A stretch of 48,911 nucleotides of DNA, from contig JAAYMS010000053.1 in the NCBI GenBank assembly GCA_012521295.1, positions 1-48,911 on the forward strand. Direction: 5' to 3'. Both the position numbers and the translations under genes were made by a program. The DNA comes from Bacillota bacterium (GTDB lineage: Bacteria > Bacillota > Limnochordia > Darwinibacteriales > Darwinibacteriaceae). The stretch's first letter is position 1, and every line of letters starts with the position of its first letter. Under the pieces are notes generated by a model. It saw nothing but the letters and a program-made list of their open reading frames with translations. It was not told the origin of the DNA and did not search any database. Shown piece by piece: positions 19,750-26,758 of the stretch.

Positions 19750-20772
19750 GTGATTAATCCTTATGGAGAAGAACAGCAATTCAACCGTTTTCTACTGATT
19801 TCCATTGTTCTCCATGCAATTGTCTTCCTCACCTATCCCCAATGGAGCTCACTCTTTGAGTCGGATCTTCCGAGTTCTGGTGATGGAGGGGTGATTCAGG
19901 TTTTCAGTGTACAGAGCACCGTTCCATCCCTGCCGAGCTCTGTCGTTGATCCTGTATCGCAGACGACACGGCCGCGGGTAACCGAGCCACGGCCGCAGCC
20001 CGATCAGCCGCCGGTGCAAAACGCTGTTGCACAGCCACTTCCGCCAGAAGTGCCCGAGCCAGCAGCACCGCAGCCCAGCCCGACACCCGATCCGGTAATG
20101 GAGGAGCCTACGATTCCAGAAAGGATAGCCGAATCTGAGATTCCCACTCCGGAAGTGCCAAAGCCAGCTGAGCCACAGGCCGAAAGTAGGGCAGCGGCAA
20201 CGGTGGGCGAAGGTAAACTGCTCACAAGCGAATCAGGGCCAGAAGTTGTCCTACCAGATAGCAGTCTTGGCAGTGAGGAAGTTATTCCTCCTACGCAGCC
20301 TCATCCCCAACCGCAGGAACTTCCTGCGAGCGAAGCTAACGTGGGAGCAAGCGGTTCGGGTACCGGTATTCAGGGGGAAGACGATAGTGCGGGTACCTCG
20401 CAATCGGGTACCGGCGAGGCAGATGCTGCACCGCCGCCACCGCCACCACCGCCTACAGGCAGGGTTATCGGTGCGGCAGCTGGCAATTTCAGGGTAAATT
20501 ATCCGAAGAATGCTGAACACTTAGGTGTGCAGGGAACCGTCCAGCTTCAGGCCCTCATCAGTGCATCTGGAGAAGTCTTAGATATCACCTTGGTACGTTC
20601 TTCGGGACACACACTCTTGGATACCCATGCAGGACTTGTTGCGGCGAACTATCCGTGGCCGTCGGATGTGGATGTTTACTGGGCGGAAGTCTTTGTCGAT
20701 TTTAGATACCAAGACGACCAGTTCAGTGCGGACATCCGCTTTGGCGAGACAGGCCGGGTAACTGCACCATAA
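19750..20772 (+). CDS. TonB-family energy transducer (TM anchor, long Pro/Glu-rich spacer, TonB C-terminal domain)
   Basis: N-terminal TM carrying an SxxxH motif (LISIVLHAIV). About 190 aa of P/E/Q/S-rich spacer, including the PPPPPPPP run. C-terminal YPKNAEHLGVQGTVQLQALISASGEVLDITLVRSSGHTLLD matches the TonB_C pattern. GTG start after RBS gaagggagg. Confidence 0.8.
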   Translation: MINPYGEEQQFNRFLLISIVLHAIVFLTYPQWSSLFESDLPSSGDGGVIQVFSVQSTVPSLPSSVVDPVSQTTRPRVTEPRPQPDQPPVQNAVAQPLPPEVPEPAAPQPSPTPDPVMEEPTIPERIAESEIPTPEVPKPAEPQAESRAAATVGEGKLLTSESGPEVVLPDSSLGSEEVIPPTQPHPQPQELPASEANVGASGSGTGIQGEDDSAGTSQSGTGEADAAPPPPPPPPTGRVIGAAAGNFRVNYPKNAEHLGVQGTVQLQALISASGEVLDITLVRSSGHTLLDTHAGLVAANYPWPSDVDVYWAEVFVDFRYQDDQFSADIRFGETGRVTAP

Positions 20773-20788
20773 GGAGGGCGTGGAAAAC

Positions 20789-22831
20789 ATGGGATACCAT
20801 AAACGATGCTGGTTCTTAGTCGTGTTGGCTGCTGTGCTGATCCTGCCCGCCGCTGCTCTGGGGCAGGAGACCGGGTTTATCCAAGTCGCCAACGAGTACA
20901 TCCGCATTATAGTCAATACGTCTGAACATAATATGGGTCGCTTTTCTGTGATGACTACGGGCGGCGACCCTGACCGCCTCGAAGATAATAATCAGCACCT
21001 TATCTACGGTGGAGAGAATCCGTGGACGTCCTATACCACAGTGCGTATCGGTAACGAAAACTGGGTATTCGGCGGTTCAACCAACCGCCGTGCGGGGCAG
21101 GGTGGAAAGTACGGCGAGATGGTTTTGCCGCCCACCGTTGAGGACAACGCAATTAAGAGTGTCTGGCGCCTAGGGCCCATCGAGGTAACCCAAATTCTCA
21201 GCTTTGCCCGCAGCACCACAACGGGGCTAATGGACACTGCACGAATCGAGTATCAGCTGCACAACGCGGACAGTGTCTCGCATATGGTCGGCCTAAGAAT
21301 CATGCTCGATACCATGTTAGGAACCAACGATGGTGCACCCTTCCGTGTGAATGAGCAAGCACTCTTGAGTGATACAGTCTTCTATGCAAATCAAATGCCG
21401 GAGTTTTGGCAGGCTTTTGACTCTCTAGCAAACCCTCGTGTTATGTCCCAAGGTACCCTACGGGGTAGAGGTGTCTCAACGCCTGATCGGGTCTATTTCA
21501 CCAACTGGGGCAGTGTGGCAGATGATCTCTGGAACTTCGACTTTACGCCTGGCCGGGATTTTACGCGTCGGGGTGAGTTCGAATTAGACAGTGCTATTGC
21601 CCTCTTCTGGGATTCAGCTCCACTAGGCCCTAATGAGACACGCAGCTACGTGGCCCACTACGGCTTAGGTGGCGTGACCATAGCAGCTGGTGAACTCGTC
21701 TTAGGCGTAACATCGCCGGCGCAGGTAACAGCAGATAGCGATCGCACCGAAACATTCTCCGTGATCGCATATGTTCAAAACGCTGGTTCAGGCGAGGCTC
21801 GTGACGTAATAGCTGAGATCGAGCTTCCTCAAGGGTTAGAGCTTGTGACAGGCAGCCGGACCCGCAGACTAGGTAACTTGGATGTCGGCGAAACACAGCA
21901 AACAGGCTGGCAGGTTGCAGCAACCGGAAGCATAAGTGGCGATCTGACCTACCGAGTTTCAGTACGTGCAATCAACAGCGAGCCCAACAGCGTCAGCCGG
22001 GCTGTGTCTATTGTCAGTCCCGCTCGCCTGCGGATATTCCGTCTCAGTGGGCCACCAGCGCTTTCTGTTGTAAACGAGCTTTACAACCCGTCGCCCTTTA
22101 CCATCGAAGCCTTGATTCGCAATGAGGGAGGTACCGCTGCGCACAACGTACATGCCAGTATACTCCATCCCATCGGCCTACTTCTCGCACCCGGTGAGCG
22201 CCGAGACAAGTTCGTGGGAACTATTGATGCAGGTGCTGAAGCACGCCTCACATGGTCGCTGGTTCCGACAGGTGTGTCTGGGAGCCTACCATATTCGGTA
22301 TCAATTCTGCACGGTGGAGAACCAGCACTCCAGAACAGCTTTATCTTTGTGCCGGAGCTGCGGCCTAAGGTATGGATTGGCGAACCAGAGACATATGGCC
22401 GCACACAGATCGCACCAGGAGACTACTTCTCCATCTCCGTTTGGGCTACAAATGTTGCCAACCTAGCACGGGCAGAGCTCGATCTATCTTTTAACCCAGA
22501 TGTGGTCGAACTGGTTGGTAAGACACTAGACATTACGCAGGGAACATTATTCCTCGATGATACTGTGACACCACCAGCAAAGCTTTCATGGACCATGCCT
22601 GTCGTTGATAACGCTGCCGGTACGGTGCAGGGTATACGAGGAGACCGAAGCCCCAGCAAGCCCTTAACGAGAGCCTACGGAACGCTAGTAACCCTTCATT
22701 TCCGGGCAAAAGGGCCGGGAGATGCTCAGATTACCCTTGACAATGTGCGTATTTTTGATGGCGTGAATCAACCTTGTGAATTTGAGTTAATCCCACAGCG
22801 CAGCGTTACTGTGATGCAGGCGGTAAAATGA
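20789..22831 (+). CDS. Secreted multidomain protein: unassigned ~290-aa N-domain, two Ig-like (CARDB-like) repeats, C-terminal cohesin-like domain
   Basis: Signal peptide MGYHKRCWFLVVLAAVLILPAAALGQ. Two clearly homologous ~90-aa repeats (nt ~21752-22021 and ~22094-22357). The C-terminus (GDYFSISVWATNVANLARAELDLSFNPDVVELV...GTLVTLHFRAKGPGDAQITLDNVRIFD) fits the cohesin pattern. ATG 20789 (10 nt after aaggaggg) is preferred to the track GTG 20780. Confidence 0.7.
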   Translation: MGYHKRCWFLVVLAAVLILPAAALGQETGFIQVANEYIRIIVNTSEHNMGRFSVMTTGGDPDRLEDNNQHLIYGGENPWTSYTTVRIGNENWVFGGSTNRRAGQGGKYGEMVLPPTVEDNAIKSVWRLGPIEVTQILSFARSTTTGLMDTARIEYQLHNADSVSHMVGLRIMLDTMLGTNDGAPFRVNEQALLSDTVFYANQMPEFWQAFDSLANPRVMSQGTLRGRGVSTPDRVYFTNWGSVADDLWNFDFTPGRDFTRRGEFELDSAIALFWDSAPLGPNETRSYVAHYGLGGVTIAAGELVLGVTSPAQVTADSDRTETFSVIAYVQNAGSGEARDVIAEIELPQGLELVTGSRTRRLGNLDVGETQQTGWQVAATGSISGDLTYRVSVRAINSEPNSVSRAVSIVSPARLRIFRLSGPPALSVVNELYNPSPFTIEALIRNEGGTAAHNVHASILHPIGLLLAPGERRDKFVGTIDAGAEARLTWSLVPTGVSGSLPYSVSILHGGEPALQNSFIFVPELRPKVWIGEPETYGRTQIAPGDYFSISVWATNVANLARAELDLSFNPDVVELVGKTLDITQGTLFLDDTVTPPAKLSWTMPVVDNAAGTVQGIRGDRSPSKPLTRAYGTLVTLHFRAKGPGDAQITLDNVRIFDGVNQPCEFELIPQRSVTVMQAVK

Positions 22832-22845
22832 AGGAGGCGGATTAT

Positions 22846-24150
22846 ATGAATAAGAGAGTAATGCTTGGCTTTGTTCTTGCTGTTCTGCTGTTCACATTAG
22901 GAGCAGCTCCTGTCGCAGCTAACTTAAGCGACGTGCCCAGTGATCATTGGGCGTATCACGCGGTGGTGACACTTGTCAACAAAGGGTACTTAGCCGTCTA
23001 CGAAGACGGTACGTTCCAGGGGTCCAGACCGGTAGACCGCTACACGCTGGCGGTAACCCTAGCCCGCATCCTGGATGATATTGAGGCCGGGCGAGTTCAG
23101 GGTTCGATGGAAGATCTGACCCTAATTCGAGAACTCACCACTGAGCTTACCGAAGAGCTCGTCGCATGGTACTCAGATCGGGCAGCTCTAGAAGACAAGG
23201 TAAGCAATGCCGAACGCATGCTTGTAATTACCGAGGATCGCTTGAACCGGGTTGTGACAGCGCAAACTCAGCTGCAGGACGAAGTAGCTGCGATTAAGAA
23301 TGAACTGATGCAGCAGATGCGTGAAGAAGCTGCACTGCTCGAAACAGCTACTGCAGAGCAGGCCACAACCCTAAGCGCGCAGCAGGCTTTACTGGCCCGC
23401 CAGGGCGAGATCATTGGCGAACACAGCGACGTGCTGTCCGAGCATGAAATGCGCATCAACGAGCAGATGGCGCAACTACGGGAGCAGCAGGTACGCCTCG
23501 GTGAGCTTATGACAGCTCTGATGGAGATCGAGAATAGTCTCATGACACACAAGGCAGACATCAATGCTCTGCAGAACTGGGCCGGAGAGAAGAGTGCTGT
23601 ACTGGCTGCCCTACAGCATCAAGATGCGGCACTCAATGAAGAGGTTGCTCAGATTAGAACGGAACTGGCCAGCCTGACACAGGAGACTGATGAACGATTA
23701 AGTGAGCTTTCTGCTATGGTATCTGAATCTGATGCAGAGCACGAAAACACCGCGGCTCAAATCGCTGCGCTGCAAGCCCGCTCCGTTGAGATCGAAAAGG
23801 ATCTGCAGAACCTGGCCGTACTGCTCCAGCGCGAGACACAGCGTCGTGGCGAAATGAGCACAGCTATTGACCAAATTCGTGCTGAAATGGCATCCTTAGA
23901 AACACAGATCGGCCTCTCAGAGGAAGAAATGGCTTCGCTGCGCTCGCAGATCAGCGATCAGGTCCGTCTCGAGATGAATGCTGCCCTAATCCGAGAGCAG
24001 CGTCTCGAGCGGCAGATAGACGAGCTTCAAGAAGAGTTTGCGAACTACAAACAGACAACCGAAGCTCAGCTGAAATCCAACAAGACTATGGCCACTATCG
24101 GTATTGTGGTGGGAGCCATTGGTGTCGTTGTGGGGTTGATAAATAAATAG
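22846..24150 (+). CDS. SLH-domain / long coiled-coil / C-terminal TM protein (Omp-alpha-like envelope tether)
   Basis: Signal peptide MNKRVMLGFVLAVLLFTLGAAPVAA. One SLH motif (SDVPSDHWAYHAVVTLVNKGYLAVYEDGTFQGSRPVDRYTLAVTLARIL). About 300 residues rich in E/Q/L/A heptad-like sequence. C-terminal hydrophobic MATIGIVVGAIGVVVGLINK. ATG 22846 follows RBS aaggagg, and the track ATG 22828 overlaps that RBS. Confidence 0.75.
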   Translation: MNKRVMLGFVLAVLLFTLGAAPVAANLSDVPSDHWAYHAVVTLVNKGYLAVYEDGTFQGSRPVDRYTLAVTLARILDDIEAGRVQGSMEDLTLIRELTTELTEELVAWYSDRAALEDKVSNAERMLVITEDRLNRVVTAQTQLQDEVAAIKNELMQQMREEAALLETATAEQATTLSAQQALLARQGEIIGEHSDVLSEHEMRINEQMAQLREQQVRLGELMTALMEIENSLMTHKADINALQNWAGEKSAVLAALQHQDAALNEEVAQIRTELASLTQETDERLSELSAMVSESDAEHENTAAQIAALQARSVEIEKDLQNLAVLLQRETQRRGEMSTAIDQIRAEMASLETQIGLSEEEMASLRSQISDQVRLEMNAALIREQRLERQIDELQEEFANYKQTTEAQLKSNKTMATIGIVVGAIGVVVGLINK

Positions 24151-24187
24151 CCCCGGAGGAGCAAACTAATACCGAACGCATATTTTC

Positions 24188-24218
24188 GAGACAGCCTGCG
24201 GGCTGTCTCTTTTTGTTT
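24188..24218 (+). terminator. Rho-independent terminator ending the exbB-to-SLH unit
   Basis: Perfect 9-bp stem gagacagcc / ggctgtctc, tgcg loop, then tttttgttt. Confidence 0.8.
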
Positions 24219-24220
24219 GG

Positions 24221-24250
24221 GCATAAACAGCCTCCTGCAAAGCTATACTA
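24221..24250 (+). promoter_or_regulatory. Candidate forespore (sigma-G/sigma-F type) promoter of spoVA operon
   Basis: GCATA (24221-24225), 18 nt, TATACTA (24244-24250). This resembles the sigma-G consensus GnATR ... CATnnTA with one mismatch. It lies ~29 nt upstream of the spoVAC ATG. Confidence 0.45.
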
Positions 24251-24279
24251 ATGACAGCTTTAACTGGGAGGCAGCGTAC

Positions 24280-24720
24280 ATGAAACCACAAGAGTACCAG
24301 CAGCTGGTAAGAGAAAACCAACCACCAAGGAGAACCTGGAGAAATGTTATCCTGGCATTCGTGGTGGGTGGTAGTTTCTCGCTTATAGGGCAGATCGTTC
24401 TTGATTTCGTCAGCGGCGTGGAAAGAACCACTGACGAGGCTTCGGCAATTACCCTGGCCATCATGATCCTTATAGGTGCGGTGCTGACGGGGTTGGGTAT
24501 CTATGACGAAATTGCCGAGATTGGTGGAGCGGGCGCCGCAGTCCCCATCACTGGCTTTTCGAACACTGTTACTGCAGCAGCCATGGAGTTTCGCCGCGAA
24601 GGTTTTATTCTTGGTATGGGTGCCAAGATGTTTGTGATCGCGGGCCCTGTCTTGGTCTACGGCATCTTGTCTGGATTTTTGGTTGCACTGATCAAATCAG
24701 TAGTACTGGGGTATTTCTAA
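24280..24720 (+). CDS. spoVAC: Stage V sporulation protein AC
   Basis: Four-TM protein with AGAAVPITGFSN and GPVLVYGI patterns. ATG 24280 follows RBS gggagg. The track TTG 24217 would include the terminator tail and promoter. Confidence 0.9.
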   Translation: MKPQEYQQLVRENQPPRRTWRNVILAFVVGGSFSLIGQIVLDFVSGVERTTDEASAITLAIMILIGAVLTGLGIYDEIAEIGGAGAAVPITGFSNTVTAAAMEFRREGFILGMGAKMFVIAGPVLVYGILSGFLVALIKSVVLGYF

Positions 24721-24733
24721 GGGGGGAAGCAGA

Positions 24734-25741
24734 TTGGCTACCAGAAGGGTGGGAGGCCAGACCATTTTCTTCGAAGACCTACCCAAGTTGGTGTCTGCCC
24801 ACACTATCGTCGGGAAAAACGAGGGGCAGGGGCCATACAGCGAATACTTCGATGAAATCCTCGAGGACGATTTATTGGGACAACCCACCGCAGAAAAGGC
24901 TGAACGCCAGATTCTACAACAAGCAGTCGAGCAAGCTCTCAGCAAGTACGGACTGGTTCCCCAAGATATTCAGTACTACGTCAGCGGAGATCTCCTGAAT
25001 CAAGTGATTTCAGCGGTCTTCAGTGCCCGCAACCTGGCGATTCCATTTCTGGGCATCTTCAGCGCCTGCGGTACTTTCGCTCAGAGCTTAGGGCTGGGAA
25101 GCATACTACTTCACGGAGGATTCGCCAGCAAAGTCTTGGTTGCTACTTCGAGCCACTACCAAACAGCAGAGCGCCAATACCGCTATCCGATAGAATTGAA
25201 CATCCAGCATCGGCCGACGAACCAGCACACTGTGACAGGAGCGGGGGCCTGCGTTTTATCGGCCGATGGAGAAGGCCCAAAGATCACACACGTTACCTTT
25301 GGCAGGATTGTCGATATGGGCCTCAAGGACCCAAATGATATGGGTAGTGCCATGGCTCCTGCTGCCTTCGATACACTTGAGAAGCATCTGAAGGACATAG
25401 AGTGTTCCCCTGATCACTACGACTTGATCCTAACCGGCGACCTGGGGCGGCAGGGCTTTAAGATGCTGAAGATTATCGCAGAGAAGAAGGGGCTGGCGCT
25501 GGGCACTAACCTGCAGGATGGGGGAGTTCTCATTTACGGCGAAGATCCTAAGTACGGTGCAGGGGCGAGCGGTGCAGCATGTTCAGCGGTCATGACGCTC
25601 GGCTATGGACTCTCTTTACTAAGAGAAGGAAAAATCCGGAGACTTCTCTTAGTTGGTACTGGTGCCCTCCTAAACCAACTAACTGTACAACAAGGTGACT
25701 CAATACCTACCATTGCGCACGCAGTTGCTATCGAGGCGTAA
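24734..25741 (+). CDS. spoVAD: Stage V sporulation protein AD (thiolase-like fold)
   Basis: 335 aa with SGDLLNQ, FLGIFSACGT and TGAGA patterns. Lies between spoVAC and spoVAE. Confidence 0.9.
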   Translation: MATRRVGGQTIFFEDLPKLVSAHTIVGKNEGQGPYSEYFDEILEDDLLGQPTAEKAERQILQQAVEQALSKYGLVPQDIQYYVSGDLLNQVISAVFSARNLAIPFLGIFSACGTFAQSLGLGSILLHGGFASKVLVATSSHYQTAERQYRYPIELNIQHRPTNQHTVTGAGACVLSADGEGPKITHVTFGRIVDMGLKDPNDMGSAMAPAAFDTLEKHLKDIECSPDHYDLILTGDLGRQGFKMLKIIAEKKGLALGTNLQDGGVLIYGEDPKYGAGASGAACSAVMTLGYGLSLLREGKIRRLLLVGTGALLNQLTVQQGDSIPTIAHAVAIEA

Positions 25742-25762
25742 GGAGCGAATAGAGGTGATGCC

Positions 25763-26113
25763 ATGCAGTACCTGATTGCCTTTGTCGTTGGAGGACTGAT
25801 CTGTGCAGCAGCTCAACTAGTCCTAGAGTATACCAAGCTGGCTCCAGTGCATGTACTGGTAGGGTTAACTGTCTTAGGCGCCATTTCTGCAGGAATCGGG
25901 ATTTATGAACCCTTTTTGCAGTTCGCAGGAGCGGGTGCGCTGGTCCCAGTGAGCGGGTTCGGCAGCTCTATCACACGAGGGATGCTTTCGGAAATAAAGC
26001 GGCTCGGATGGGAAGGATTATTTACAGGAGCTTTTGAGATAACGGGCCTCGGACTTGCAGCAGCAGTAGTTTTCGGCAGCTTAATGGCTATCGCGTCAAG
26101 GCCTCGCGATTGA
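25763..26113 (+). CDS. spoVAE: Stage V sporulation protein AE (AEB-type)
   Basis: 116-aa membrane protein, paralogous to SpoVAC (AGAGALVPVSGFGSSI). Confidence 0.9.
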   Translation: MQYLIAFVVGGLICAAAQLVLEYTKLAPVHVLVGLTVLGAISAGIGIYEPFLQFAGAGALVPVSGFGSSITRGMLSEIKRLGWEGLFTGAFEITGLGLAAAVVFGSLMAIASRPRD

Positions 26114-26140
26114 CCCCAGGACGATACTGGGGTCTTTTTT
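26112..26140 (+). terminator. Rho-independent terminator after spoVAE
   Basis: 8-bp stem gaccccag / ctggggtc, 7-nt loop, then tttttt. The stem begins within the TGA stop. Confidence 0.75.
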
Positions 26141-26229
26141 GCGTGCAGTCGCGCAGCAGGAGAACAGTAGGGTAAAGCGAAATAGATGATAGTATGTTAC
26201 TTCTTGCCATGACAATGGAGGCGATATTT

Positions 26230-26703
26230 ATGGCCGAAAGGCAACTGGTAGTATTCCAGCTGAACAACGAAGAGTTTGGTGTTGAAATAACTAAAGTGCG
26301 AGAGATCATAAAGCCGCGGCATATAACGCGTTTGCCCCATGTAAGTGACTACATTGAAGGCGTTACCAATCTCCGTGGTGTTGTCATTCCCGTTATTTCA
26401 CTGCGCAAACGCTTTGGTGTAGAAGCACAAGAAAACACCCAAGACACACGGATTATCATCCTGGAGGTTAACGAAAACCAAGTGGGCTTCATCGTAGACG
26501 CAGTTACCGAAACGCTGCGCCTGCCCGAATCTCAGATCGACCCGCCGCCTAGCATGATTGCAGGCCTTAAATCGGACTATCTCGCTGGTGTTGGCAAACA
26601 CGACGATCGGCTGATCATCATCCTAGAAGTAGATAAGATTTTGACCACTGAAGAGAAAATCGAGCTCCAAACGATCAACGCTGATGCCGAAGCAGTCCAA
26701 TAG
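26230..26703 (+). CDS. cheW: Chemotaxis coupling protein CheW
   Basis: QLVVFQLNNEEFGVEITKVREI...NLRGVVIPVISLRKRFG. ATG 26230 follows RBS ggagg. The track ATG 26194 is a probable over-extension. Confidence 0.9.
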   Translation: MAERQLVVFQLNNEEFGVEITKVREIIKPRHITRLPHVSDYIEGVTNLRGVVIPVISLRKRFGVEAQENTQDTRIIILEVNENQVGFIVDAVTETLRLPESQIDPPPSMIAGLKSDYLAGVGKHDDRLIIILEVDKILTTEEKIELQTINADAEAVQ

Positions 26704-26706
26704 GTA

Positions 26707-26734
26707 TCAAGCTTCGTCCTTGTGGTGCCGATAA
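26707..26734 (+). promoter_or_regulatory. Candidate sigma-D (FliA)-type promoter upstream of fliM
   Basis: GCCGATAA at 26727-26734 matches the sigma-D -10 consensus GCCGATAT at 7 of 8 positions, differing only at the last base. The -35 is imperfect (TCAA versus TAAA), with a 16-nt spacer. Confidence 0.4.
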
Positions 26735-26758
26735 TAGACAGAGAATGAAAAACGAGAG

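Noticed and set aside
20431-20454. Nucleotide repeat ccgccgccaccgccaccaccgcct
   Set aside because: This is a codon-level poly-proline run within the TonB spacer. It is not a structural DNA repeat, CRISPR repeat or phase-variation tract, because it mixes codons and is in frame.
20246-20520. Two ORFs (83 aa on +, 89 aa on -) inside the tonB-like gene
   Set aside because: They arise from the Pro/Arg-rich low-complexity coding region. The products are Arg-rich nonsense sequences.
20789-24150. Interpretation of the cohesin and SLH genes as a cellulosome scaffoldin/anchor pair
   Set aside because: There is no dockerin, carbohydrate-binding module or glycoside hydrolase nearby. Only a single cohesin is present. 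The SLH protein has one SLH motif and a coiled-coil rod rather than cohesin repeats.
26140-26229. Possible sigma-D or sigma-A promoter upstream of cheW
   Set aside because: A TAAA is present at 26173-26176. The sequence 15 nt downstream (gtatgtta) matches only 3 of 8 positions of GCCGATAT, and no acceptable -35/-10 sigma-A pair was found.
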